Below, piece after piece: positions 29,432 through 38,348 of a DNA stretch of 64,000 nucleotides. A model generated the notes under the pieces. That model worked only from the letters and a program-made list of their open reading frames with translations, did not search any database and was not told the origin of the DNA. Position 1 is the stretch's first letter, and each line of letters starts with the position of its first letter. Source of the stretch: Nitrososphaerota archaeon (GTDB lineage: Archaea; Thermoproteota; Nitrososphaeria_A; Caldarchaeales; Calditenuaceae); contig JBEPYO010000001.1 in the NCBI GenBank assembly GCA_041641295.1, positions 1,376,001-1,440,000 on the forward strand, in the 5' to 3' direction. Both the position numbers and the translations under genes were made by a program.

Positions 29432-29800
29432 ATGACTCGCTGCCCAACATGCGCGGCGCCCTGTGTAGAGGGGGCGACATACTGCCCATTCTGCGGCAAC
29501 AAGATCGAGACGGAGCAGAAGGTCGAGACCTACAGGTGCTGGATTCACAAGAATAGGTTCGCTCCCTATCGATGCGAGGTTTGCGGAAAGCTCATCTGCA
29601 AAGAGTGCCGCTACGAGCACTCCTCTAGACCCATATGCAAGGTCTGCTACATCTCAGTAATCCTGCCGAAGAGGGTGGTCACGATGTTTCAGCAGCATGT
29701 TACGATAAGGGAAAGCAATAGTGCTGGTGGGGTGGGGATTATTCTGTTGAAGGATGGTGGCAAGACAGAGCCTACACTCTATAGAGGTGGCGATCTCTAA
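29432..29800 (+). CDS. Zinc-ribbon plus B-box-like zinc finger protein
   Basis: CPTC..CPFC then C-x2-H-x8-C-x2-C-x4-C-x2-C-x9-C-x2-C. Confidence 0.75.
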   Translation: MTRCPTCAAPCVEGATYCPFCGNKIETEQKVETYRCWIHKNRFAPYRCEVCGKLICKECRYEHSSRPICKVCYISVILPKRVVTMFQQHVTIRESNSAGGVGIILLKDGGKTEPTLYRGGDL

Positions 29801-29888
29801 ATGCCACATATGCTCTTTACGTCACGCATGGGGTCTGATGTAATAAAACTTATACATTATGGGGCGATGGTATTCAAGCGGGTTCGGC

Positions 29889-30515
29889 ATGGACTCCACA
29901 CCTCTGATTGACGCACTGGTAATAGGAGGCTCTCTCGCGGCCCTAGTAGCCTCTATCCTCGCAATCTACATGGTGACACTCTCCCTACGAGTCTATAGGC
30001 TCTCCCTCACAGCCTACACAAACATACGCGACGCGATCATGCAAATGGCGATTCAGGCGGCTGAAAAGACCGTGGAACAGGCGGCCAAACAAGCCCCTCC
30101 AGAAGAGTTAGCCACAGTTGAGGAACACAGGCCTCAACCAGAAAAAACAGCACCCGAGACAAGGCAGGAACCCTACAGCCACCTCTCAGAGCTAGTAGCG
30201 GGAGAAGGGTTTGAGGCCGCATTAATCTTCGATGATAGCGGACAGGTGATTGACCAAGAGGGCTCCATTGACTCGAATAGGGAGGCCGCACTCCTTACAG
30301 AGGTGATCAGCTCACTCCAGCTTGCGAGAAGCTCTGTGAAGAGCCTACAGATCCAAGAGGACGGTGTACTAGAGTTATTGATACCGGCGGCAGATATAGC
30401 TGGAAGGAGGGTCTACCTCTATGTTAAGGGTTCAAGGGGAGCGGCAGGCATAAACGTCGAGTTACTGAGCGAGAGCGCTAAAAGAATACTCAAGAATCTG
30501 TTAAGTGGGGGTTGA
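29889..30515 (+). CDS. Membrane-anchored protein with C-terminal Roadblock-like domain
   Basis: N-terminal TM, Q/E/P linker, 'GFEAALIFDDSGQVI...EAALL' Roadblock-type pattern. Confidence 0.6.
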   Translation: MDSTPLIDALVIGGSLAALVASILAIYMVTLSLRVYRLSLTAYTNIRDAIMQMAIQAAEKTVEQAAKQAPPEELATVEEHRPQPEKTAPETRQEPYSHLSELVAGEGFEAALIFDDSGQVIDQEGSIDSNREAALLTEVISSLQLARSSVKSLQIQEDGVLELLIPAADIAGRRVYLYVKGSRGAAGINVELLSESAKRILKNLLSGG

Positions 30516-30909
30516 TAACCGGTTGGCGGATATTCAGACACCGTCACCCGAACTTCAGGCACTCCTCGAAGAGGTCATCAAGGTCAGCAGAGGGTCTGTC
30601 GAGGTTGCGATTGTATCTAAGCCTGATGGCACACCCGTGGCTCAGGTAAATGCCTCTTCAGTTGGACCCGAGTATCTTGGGGCTGCAATATCAGCAATAT
30701 CTGGCGTGGTCTCGTCGATCCTAGAAGTTATGCACGTCGGCGACTATCGGCGTATAGTGGTGGAGCTGGATGGCAAACGCTACCTCTTCATATTCCAGTA
30801 CAGAGGCGATGTAGTCGCGCTGATAACAAAGCTGAATCCAAACTTGGGCTTCGTGAACCTGCTCCTCGACCTTTACTTTAAGGAGGAGGAATCCATTGAA
30901 GAGTTTTAA
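30505..30909 (+). CDS. Roadblock/LAMTOR2 (MglB-like) protein
   Basis: 'VEVAIVSKPDGTPV...LGAAISA...IVVELDG...NLGFV'. Confidence 0.88.
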   Translation: MGVDNRLADIQTPSPELQALLEEVIKVSRGSVEVAIVSKPDGTPVAQVNASSVGPEYLGAAISAISGVVSSILEVMHVGDYRRIVVELDGKRYLFIFQYRGDVVALITKLNPNLGFVNLLLDLYFKEEESIEEF

Positions 30910-31429
30910 GATAGTGGTTACCGGCCCATTCAACTCGGGTAAGACCACCCTCGTGAAGACACTTTGCGAACTGAGCATGACTAGTGAGCGCCCATTAACG
31001 AGGGAGGAGGAGAGGCGGAAAAAATCCTCAACTACGGTCGGAATGGACTTCGGCGTGATAGATCTCGGCGACGGATACTATGTCAGGATTTTCGGGACAC
31101 CAGGCCAGCGCAGATTCTCATTCATATGGCACATACTCGCCAAGTCTATGCACGGCTACATATTGATGGTCGACTCCGCGGACGAATCATCAATACTTGA
31201 GGCTCAGGAGGTGCTGGAGGAGTTTCGCAGCATCTATCCGAACACACCCTTCGTCGTAGCTGCAAACAAGCAGGACCTAGAGGGTGCGCTATCTCCTGAG
31301 GATGTGAAGATAGCTATGAGCCTTGGAGATGATGTGTATGTGGTTCCAAGTATCGCCAAGGATCATGAGAGTGCTTGGAACGTCCTTAGAACCCTCTTAG
31401 AAATAATCATTGAAAGGACTAGAACGTGA
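30896..31429 (+). CDS. Small GTPase (MglA/CvnD-like)
   Basis: GPFNSGKTT, TTVGMDFG, GTPGQ.RF, NKQD. Confidence 0.92.
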   Translation: MKSFKIVVTGPFNSGKTTLVKTLCELSMTSERPLTREEERRKKSSTTVGMDFGVIDLGDGYYVRIFGTPGQRRFSFIWHILAKSMHGYILMVDSADESSILEAQEVLEEFRSIYPNTPFVVAANKQDLEGALSPEDVKIAMSLGDDVYVVPSIAKDHESAWNVLRTLLEIIIERTRT

Positions 31430-31432
31430 GTA

Positions 31433-31993
31433 CTAAAGCTTAATCCAAGAGAATAGAATGTACCTTATCTTCCCAGATTCTTGTGGCACCGCTATGATGA
31501 AGTTTTTCCTCACAGTGGTCGCCAGCCTGCCAGCCCTCACGATCTCCGTAGCGCTTATCTCGTCATCCTCCGATTTCACTTGAACTATGTAGGGTGCATG
31601 GTCTATACCGGGCCCATACTTGTAAACAGCAAAGTCGCTTCCAAACTTAATCCCCGGTGTAACAACGAATCCACGCTCGCGTAGATCCCTGTAGACAGAG
31701 TAGAGCTGCCGGTATCTTGCATAGAGCTTTTCGCCTAGCTCTGTAAGCTCCTCCAAGCTGATCGGTCTATCTCCTTTGTAAACCTCTATCAAGCCTTTCT
31801 CCGCTAAATAGCGCGCCTCGATCAGGTCTAGGATAAGTGGTGCGTCGAAGTCGGCGCCCTTCGGCTTTGGGATGCCGAGTGGCTTGCCATAGAACCCCTG
31901 CGAAAAGAGTTTACGCGCGCCTTCCCTATCAAAGACTACTATGTTGGACTCAACGATATCTGCGCGAATCGGGCTCTTCAACCGCTCCTCCAT
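31433..31993 (-). CDS. endA: tRNA splicing endonuclease
   Basis: 'YRDLRERGFVVTPGIKFGSDFAVY..GPGIDHAPY', 'RLATTVRK'. Confidence 0.93.
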   Translation of the reverse strand: MEERLKSPIRADIVESNIVVFDREGARKLFSQGFYGKPLGIPKPKGADFDAPLILDLIEARYLAEKGLIEVYKGDRPISLEELTELGEKLYARYRQLYSVYRDLRERGFVVTPGIKFGSDFAVYKYGPGIDHAPYIVQVKSEDDEISATEIVRAGRLATTVRKNFIIAVPQESGKIRYILFSWIKL

Positions 31994-32019
31994 TTTACAG
32001 CTCTGACTCGAATAATTAG

Positions 32020-32691
32020 CTACCTCCCCCTGGGATATATTACTCTAATGATGTTTGATATCTCCTCCATGTGGTCTGCTATTTCCTCAAGAATCTCCGC
32101 GACCTCTCTGACAAGTATCATCTGAGGAAGTTTCAGCTTGCTTTGCAGTATCTCCACGTCAAAACCCCTATACAGCTCGTCAACGATCTTTTCATACTGC
32201 TCTAGCTCGTCGAGCTTTTCGTGGAGGGCCGTAACCTGAAGCATCAGGGCCCTGAGACACTCTCTAAGCATCTCAGTCCCAGCATATACTTTTTCGGTCA
32301 TCTGAGTTAGTCCCGTTATTGATACGTTGTCCAATCCCTTCAGCTTGTAGAGAGTTAGGGTTCTGTAGGCGGCTCCCTCAATTTTGTCGAGGATCTTGTC
32401 GAGAAGGGCTATGACCCTTATGTACTCCGCCCTCTGAACTAAGAGGGCTCCATAACTCATAACCTGCTGCTCAGCGCTTCTTTTAAGACCTTTACACTCC
32501 TCGTCTATCTTTAATATTTCGGAGAATCCTCTCTCGACGCTTTCTGGCGGGCCATTAGATACCAGGGATGAAAGCATCGAAGTGTATATCCGCATACAGT
32601 TGTTGATCTTTAGGGTGTACTCATGTGTTATTTGGATAAGAACATTTTCAATATCGTCTTGGCGCGACTTAGTTACCATAAGTGTCCACAT
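32020..32691 (-). CDS. DUF47/PhoU-like helical protein
   Basis: Repeated helical 'E...D' motifs, 'LEEIADHME'. Confidence 0.7.
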   Translation of the reverse strand: MWTLMVTKSRQDDIENVLIQITHEYTLKINNCMRIYTSMLSSLVSNGPPESVERGFSEILKIDEECKGLKRSAEQQVMSYGALLVQRAEYIRVIALLDKILDKIEGAAYRTLTLYKLKGLDNVSITGLTQMTEKVYAGTEMLRECLRALMLQVTALHEKLDELEQYEKIVDELYRGFDVEILQSKLKLPQMILVREVAEILEEIADHMEEISNIIRVIYPRGR

Positions 32692-32718
32692 ATAACGTGC
32701 TCTCCTACTTTATAAAAA

Positions 32719-33399
32719 TTAACCCTCTCTCGTGCTCTCCTCCCAGCCCAAATACTCTCCTAGGGTGGGCATAACTCTGTCCAGAGTCCTCCAAGACCTC
32801 CTAACCACGTCTGTGGGGCCTTTCTGCCTGACCAGCCTGTGTAGGAAGGCGAGGGTCTTGGGGTCTGAGGGATACCCTGAACCGATATCGCCCAAGATCT
32901 TTGCTAGGTCAGATAGGGCTGCGTCGCGTATAACCTTCGCCACTATCGAGGCTGCTGCGACTACAGGGTATTCCTCATCTGCGTGGCACTGGCATAATAC
33001 CCTGACGCCGGCCAAGTGCTTGGATATTTTCGATCTTATTGGTTCTGTGTTTTTGGCGGGGCAGTCGACTATCAGGATATCTGGCTTAAGCGTCTTTGCG
33101 ATTGATATTATGGCCTCTATTTCTAGCGTGTTGATTCCGGGGCCTCCCCTCCTTCTAGTGTATGTGTCAATCCTCTGCGGCTCTATTATCTCTAACGTAT
33201 TCTCGATGCCATTAGAAGTGATCCAATTGTATAACTCCTCTCTGCGTTTTCTGGTCAGCTTTTTGGAGTCCTTAACACCCGCTTCCTCGAGCCGTTGGAT
33301 CATGTCTTCGCTTACTGCCACACCGGCCACGACTAGCGGGCCTAGAACCGCTCCACGACCCGCCTCATCCACACCAACAATCCTGCTTAGACTACTCAT
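32719..33399 (-). CDS. rnhB: Ribonuclease HII
   Basis: 'GVDEAGRG', 'DSKKL', 'AASIVAKV.RD', 'GSGYPSDP'. Confidence 0.96.
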   Translation of the reverse strand: MSSLSRIVGVDEAGRGAVLGPLVVAGVAVSEDMIQRLEEAGVKDSKKLTRKRREELYNWITSNGIENTLEIIEPQRIDTYTRRRGGPGINTLEIEAIISIAKTLKPDILIVDCPAKNTEPIRSKISKHLAGVRVLCQCHADEEYPVVAAASIVAKVIRDAALSDLAKILGDIGSGYPSDPKTLAFLHRLVRQKGPTDVVRRSWRTLDRVMPTLGEYLGWEESTREG

Positions 33400-34078
33400 A
33401 CCTCGCCCTAACCATTACGTGGTCCTCCTCGTATGGGGCGAGGTTGACCGTCTCCAATACCTTGAGACCAGAGTCCTCCATGATCCTAATCTCTCTCCGA
33501 TAGATCTTTTCAGGCTCCTCCACGCTATCGATGCTCCGAGCCTTAATCGCTATCATGACCTCCCCACCCTTCTTTAGGAAGTGCTCCGCGTTCTCTATCA
33601 GTATCCTTGACTGGTCTGGCTGTGCAATGTCGCAGTAGATGACGTCGACGAGGTCTACTAGCCCGGCGTATCTCTCCGGCATTCTTGCGTCTGCGAACAC
33701 TGCTACCACGTTGGGTCGCCTGCGCACCACTCTCTCTATTAGCTGTGAGAGTACTCGGGGTGCGAATTCTACGGCGTAGGCGAAGCCCTCACGGCCTATG
33801 ATGTCTGAGACGTGGCTGAGTGTTGTGCCTGATGCTGCGCCGAGGTATAGGATTGTCTTACCTCTGCTAATCCCCCAGTCCTTTAAGCCGCATAGTATCG
33901 CGGCTGCAAGCTTGCTCCGAAACGGTACCCACTCCCTATACTCAGCCCCCATAACCTTGAAGAGCCTCTCTCCATATACGCTGAACCCCCGGTCAAGGTT
34001 CTCAGTTACGAGGAGCTTCTGGCCCTCAGTCCTATAGACGTAGACTCCCTCGAAGGGTGGGATTTTCTCGAGACTCAT
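33392..34078 (-). CDS. flpA: Fibrillarin 2'-O-methyltransferase
   Basis: 'YREW.PFRSKLAA', 'LYLGAASGTT.SH', 'DIAQPDQ'. Confidence 0.96.
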   Translation of the reverse strand: MSLEKIPPFEGVYVYRTEGQKLLVTENLDRGFSVYGERLFKVMGAEYREWVPFRSKLAAAILCGLKDWGISRGKTILYLGAASGTTLSHVSDIIGREGFAYAVEFAPRVLSQLIERVVRRRPNVVAVFADARMPERYAGLVDLVDVIYCDIAQPDQSRILIENAEHFLKKGGEVMIAIKARSIDSVEEPEKIYRREIRIMEDSGLKVLETVNLAPYEEDHVMVRARYE

Positions 34079-35247
34079 CTCCCCCGCCTCCTCTTACCGA
34101 CGGTTGGTTGGCGCGCCTTTACCGGTGGTGAGGGATATTTCTGTCTTATATCCTGAACCCTCTTCTCCAGCGCCGCCCTAAGCTCGGCAGACCTGTCCTC
34201 CCTAGAATGATAGTCTATTTTAGCGGCCAAAGCTATCTTTGTGGCAAGCGCCCTAGCTATTTTGCCGCGCTGCCACTTGGGGGAGCCGTGAACGTATGGG
34301 TGCTGGAAGATTACGCCATGTTTTGGTGCTCCCCTACCCGTCTTAAAGAATCTGAAAAGCGCCTTCTCAGCCCCTAAAACCTGTATAGTGCTTGCTGGCA
34401 GCCGTGCGAGGTTGTTAAGACCGCCAGCCAGGGAGATGAGTCTCGCACCCAGTACCGGGCCAGTGATGGCTGTCAGATTCGGCGCCTCAATATCCATGAG
34501 TGTCCTAATGTATTTCTCCAGAAAGTCCCGCTGCTTTGCTAGGGAGATGACTGTAGAGGCGACCTCCCATATAACCTTCTTATCCTGCTCGGCCAGCTCC
34601 ACACCAACGCTCCGCTGAGCCGCCTCCCAGACCTTTCTCGAGAGCTCAGAGCCCAGAGCCCCCCTCTGGGCGGCCTCCGATATCCCCTCCCTGTCCCTGT
34701 ACTCATAGACAATCTCCGCATATCTCACCGGGTCGCTGACATATTCGCGGAGCTCGGGAAAGTGTGTCCCAAACCACTCCATCAGTCTCGAGGCCGTCAT
34801 GTTAATTATCTTCTGGATGTCGTCAAGGTAGTTGACGGCCTGAACGATCATCATGTCTCTTCTCTGCACCGCGCTTCTAAGGGAATCCTCCACGATTTTC
34901 AGGGCGATTCTATGGACAGACTCCCTATACTGCTCAGACCCCTTGACGATGCCCAGAGAGGTTGCCAGCCGCTCCAAAGGCTCTGTTAGCCTAACCCTCT
35001 CAAACTCCACGCCCTGAAGCAGCTGAGAGAGAAGTGTGATGAGCTGTGGCGAATGGGTGTAAACCTTGCGAACCCCCTTATCGCTTATAATCTTTGCTAT
35101 CTCTTCTACTGGGGGGCAGCGCTCCCCCGAGAGGATGTGTGTGAGGTAGTTCCGCTCCGGTGTATCAATACTAACCGAGCCGCCCCATCCGTCACTGCTC
35201 CTGTAGATGATTGCGAGGGGCGTCAGATAGAGCTCTAGGCTCACCAT
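34075..35247 (-). CDS. nop5: Nop5 (Nop56/58) C/D RNP protein
   Basis: 'HFPEL', 'APNL', 'PASTIQVLGAEKALF', 'PKHG'. Confidence 0.95.
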   Translation of the reverse strand: MVSLELYLTPLAIIYRSSDGWGGSVSIDTPERNYLTHILSGERCPPVEEIAKIISDKGVRKVYTHSPQLITLLSQLLQGVEFERVRLTEPLERLATSLGIVKGSEQYRESVHRIALKIVEDSLRSAVQRRDMMIVQAVNYLDDIQKIINMTASRLMEWFGTHFPELREYVSDPVRYAEIVYEYRDREGISEAAQRGALGSELSRKVWEAAQRSVGVELAEQDKKVIWEVASTVISLAKQRDFLEKYIRTLMDIEAPNLTAITGPVLGARLISLAGGLNNLARLPASTIQVLGAEKALFRFFKTGRGAPKHGVIFQHPYVHGSPKWQRGKIARALATKIALAAKIDYHSREDRSAELRAALEKRVQDIRQKYPSPPVKARQPTVGKRRRGR

Positions 35248-35367
35248 CTACACCACTCCTCAGAGCGTGGTTCTGGGATTTAAACTCCCCAGCCTCGAGG
35301 AGTCGTGGAGGGCCGAGGAAAAATAGTTACACCTCAGAGTAATAGTATCCTCTGTGTGGGACTGGCC

Positions 35368-35931
35368 ATGGCATCGGTTGTTAAGGTTGTGACGACGAAT
35401 CCTGGTAAATGGGCTGAGCTGTCTGCCATGCTCTCCAGCCGAGGCATCCAGTGCGTATGGATTAGGGGGGAGACAAGGGAGATACAGTCCGACGACTTGG
35501 CCGAGATTGTGAAAGTCTCGGCCCATGAGGCTTATGATCGGTGGGGGGAGAATGTCTTGGTTGAGGACTCGGGGCTGTTTGTCCAAGCGCTCGGAGGGTT
35601 CCCGGGCCCCTACTCGTCCTACGTGTATAGGACAATCGGCCTCAGGGGTCTTCTCAAACTCTTAGAGGGGGTCTCTGATAGGGTGGCGCTGTTTAGGTCG
35701 GCTTTATGCTATGTGGAGGCGGGTGGAAAGCAGCTCATTTTTACAGGCGAGGTGAGGGGCATCATCGCATTGGGGGCGCGCGGGACAGGAGGCTTCGGCT
35801 TCGACCCAATATTCATCCCGGAGGAGGGCGACGGCAGAACCTTTGCCGAGATGACGTTAAGCGAGAAGAACCTTTACTCCCATAGGGCAAGGGCGCTCCA
35901 GGGTCTTCTCAGACACTTCGGCGTAACTTGA
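35368..35931 (+). CDS. rdgB: Non-canonical purine NTP pyrophosphatase (Ham1/RdgB)
   Basis: 'TTNPGK', 'EDSGL', 'GFPGPYS', 'GFGFDPIF', 'SHR'. Confidence 0.93.
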   Translation: MASVVKVVTTNPGKWAELSAMLSSRGIQCVWIRGETREIQSDDLAEIVKVSAHEAYDRWGENVLVEDSGLFVQALGGFPGPYSSYVYRTIGLRGLLKLLEGVSDRVALFRSALCYVEAGGKQLIFTGEVRGIIALGARGTGGFGFDPIFIPEEGDGRTFAEMTLSEKNLYSHRARALQGLLRHFGVT

Positions 35932-35932
35932 A

Positions 35933-36589
35933 CTATGGCGCGCCGCGCTCAACATATCTCGCACGAGCCCTTATCTCCTCTATCCTCTCCTCAATCTCCC
36001 TAAGCCTCGAACTACCCGCCACATCCTCATACCCGGCCTTCAAAGCCTCCATCATGTTTTTGGAGATGGAGGGGTGGGATGCGGCAACCCCCCTCTCAAA
36101 CAGGTGTACGTCCACTGCCTGCTCCTCAACATCGCTGGAGAAACCGCTCAGCCCAAAGTCAATCAAGATGGGCCTATCGCCTACAACCAGTACGTTGGAT
36201 GGGACGAAGTCTCCATGGTATATACCCGCCATGTGTAATCTGGCTAGAGAGGAGCCAAGCCTCCTAACTACTTGGCCCAAGCCCGAGTGATGTTCTGAGA
36301 GGAGTGCCCGCAGGTCGGGTCCATCAATGAACTGCATATAGATCGCTGACTCTTCCAAGTCTACGTGAATAATGGCTGGACATGTGACGCCCACCTCTTT
36401 GGCCCTTATCATTATCCTCGCCTCCCTTAGTGTCCGTGAGGTTCTAATCTCCCTGTCGAGTTGGGGGTGTCTGTAGGGCTTGGGTATCCTCTTCTTCTCG
36501 ACCAGTGTTAATCCCAGCCACGAGACCTTCCTGAGGACTGCCTCAGCCCCTATCTTTATCAAGCCCAGGTCCTGAATCTCTCTCATCAC
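35933..36589 (-). CDS. bud32: KEOPS kinase Bud32
   Basis: 'GAEA', 'K.YRHPQLD', 'HGD...SN', 'IDFGL', 'AVD'. Confidence 0.93.
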   Translation of the reverse strand: MMREIQDLGLIKIGAEAVLRKVSWLGLTLVEKKRIPKPYRHPQLDREIRTSRTLREARIMIRAKEVGVTCPAIIHVDLEESAIYMQFIDGPDLRALLSEHHSGLGQVVRRLGSSLARLHMAGIYHGDFVPSNVLVVGDRPILIDFGLSGFSSDVEEQAVDVHLFERGVAASHPSISKNMMEALKAGYEDVAGSSRLREIEERIEEIRARARYVERGAP

Positions 36590-37575
36590 TGCCAGGCCAC
36601 CTCTGTCTCGTCTATCCTGAGCCTCGGCCTGACGATGCTCTGCTCTATCGCCGTGACTTGGCCGTGCTGGAGCATCTTGATACCGGTCCAAGCAATCATC
36701 GCACCATTATCGCCCAGATACTCGTCAGGTATTGGCCTGAACTCTGCTCCATGCGTCTTCACCATCTCCCCAACCATCTCCTGTAGACGCCTACTCCTCG
36801 CTAAGCCTCCGACTAGAAGTACCTCCTTCTTTAGAGTGAGGGCGAGGGCCCTTTCGAGAACCTCAGTCAGCATGGCATAGACAGCCTCGGTCACCGAGAG
36901 CGACACATCCTCCACCGGAACCCCTCCAGCCAGTAGCCTCTCAGCCGAGGTGAGAATCCCGGAGAAGGAGACGTCCATCCCCTTGACGTTGAAGGGCATG
37001 CTGTGGAGGTTCTTGCCGCGTCTTGCGTATTGTTCTGGGGCGGGCATAGGGCCTATCCCGGCCGCTATGCCGAAAGCGTCTAGACAGTTGCCGGCCGCAA
37101 TGTCTAGTGTCTCGCCCAAGATCCTGTAACGGCCTTCGTGCAGGGTTGTTACGAGGGTGTTACCGCCGGCGACGTATAGGACTACCGGGTCCCTAAAACC
37201 TGTGAGGAGCTTCCCAATCTCGATGTGCGCCACTCCATGGTTCACTGCTATTAAGGGGCGTCCTAGCCTCAGGGCAAGAGCCCGCGCAAGGGTAGCGCCT
37301 GTCCTGAGACATGGCCCCAGACCTGGGCCGTAGGAGAATGCCACAGCGTCTATCTCGGGGATGGTTACTCCCGCCTTTCTCAGCGCCCTCTCCAATACTT
37401 GATGGGCGACAGATGCGTGGTGTTGGGCCGCCTCTCGGGGATGAATCCCGCCCCTTAGTGGTCTATAGGTCTCGAGCTCGTTTGCGAGGATGCGGCCGCT
37501 GGAGGCCACTACCCCCACACCGATGGTATGGGCGGTCGACTCAATCCCCAAGCAGACTAGTTCTCCTTCTCGCAC
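36586..37575 (-). CDS. kae1: KEOPS Kae1 (t6A synthase)
   Basis: 'GIESTAHT', 'GPGLGPCL', 'VNHGVAHIE', 'DNGAMIA'. Confidence 0.95.
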   Translation of the reverse strand: MREGELVCLGIESTAHTIGVGVVASSGRILANELETYRPLRGGIHPREAAQHHASVAHQVLERALRKAGVTIPEIDAVAFSYGPGLGPCLRTGATLARALALRLGRPLIAVNHGVAHIEIGKLLTGFRDPVVLYVAGGNTLVTTLHEGRYRILGETLDIAAGNCLDAFGIAAGIGPMPAPEQYARRGKNLHSMPFNVKGMDVSFSGILTSAERLLAGGVPVEDVSLSVTEAVYAMLTEVLERALALTLKKEVLLVGGLARSRRLQEMVGEMVKTHGAEFRPIPDEYLGDNGAMIAWTGIKMLQHGQVTAIEQSIVRPRLRIDETEVAWQ

Positions 37576-37621
37576 CCTTAAGATATCTTCGAAGTTGAGA
37601 CTTATAGATGCGACCCCACTA

Positions 37622-38284
37622 CTACCCTAGGACCGCCCCGACGTATTTGAGGACTGTCTCCTTAGCCTCCGCCAGCGTTGACTGCGCCACACCCGGCACA
37701 CCACACACCACAATTATCGCCGACTTGGTGGAGCTGTCTGTCTTCGAGTGTTCAGAGTCTCGATACGGATATATCGACAGGACCGCAGCCTCATCCCTCA
37801 GAACCACTTCCCTTCCCTCCAGAACAATCTCCTTCTCCATGCCTATTCCCCGGAAGCGCTCCCCACGCCTACTCCATGTCAGACTGAGCTGGCCGAAGAC
37901 CTTCGAGTCGTCGTAGGCAGCCATGGTTACACCCGTCTTTGCCGAGGCTAGGTTGTAGAGGTCCACGAGGGGGTTTATGCGGGGGAACCCTCGGCCCAGC
38001 AGGATGCGCCTGACGAGGGCCTCAGAAGATGGCCTCATCTTAGTTGGGTCAATGCCTATCCGCCAGAAGAAATCCCTGTAGGCGCGAAATATTGGAACAT
38101 CCTTCAACGTCTCCAAGCTATAGCTCCGCCTAACCTCGTCAACAACCTCATCTATGAGCTGCTCAATCCGCCCACTTCCTCTAGAGAGATCCAGCCCCCC
38201 GAGCCTGAAGGCGAGGACAGATATTCCTGGGAAGCTTTCAGCGAGGCTGGGCTCAACCCACACATGAACATCCTCAACCTGCAT
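37622..38284 (-). CDS. B3/4 domain protein (PheRS-beta-like tRNA editing)
   Basis: 'YRDFFWRIGIDPTK.RPSSEAL.RR', 'INPLVDLYN'. Confidence 0.9.
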   Translation of the reverse strand: MQVEDVHVWVEPSLAESFPGISVLAFRLGGLDLSRGSGRIEQLIDEVVDEVRRSYSLETLKDVPIFRAYRDFFWRIGIDPTKMRPSSEALVRRILLGRGFPRINPLVDLYNLASAKTGVTMAAYDDSKVFGQLSLTWSRRGERFRGIGMEKEIVLEGREVVLRDEAAVLSIYPYRDSEHSKTDSSTKSAIIVVCGVPGVAQSTLAEAKETVLKYVGAVLG

Positions 38285-38348
38285 TGGCTAACCATGGTTT
38301 AGGATTTCAGATTTATGTAGCTTTGTTGCAAGGTAGTGTGGGGCAGGG

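Noticed and set aside
32732-33577. 281-aa + strand ORF (also 56242-56913 and similar long antisense ORFs)
   Set aside because: Antisense to well-supported genes (rnhB/fibrillarin, DUF211/VIT1); no motifs
35253-35310. Imperfect inverted repeat around TTTAAA in the nop5/rdgB divergent region
   Set aside because: Imperfect and unique; no supportable function
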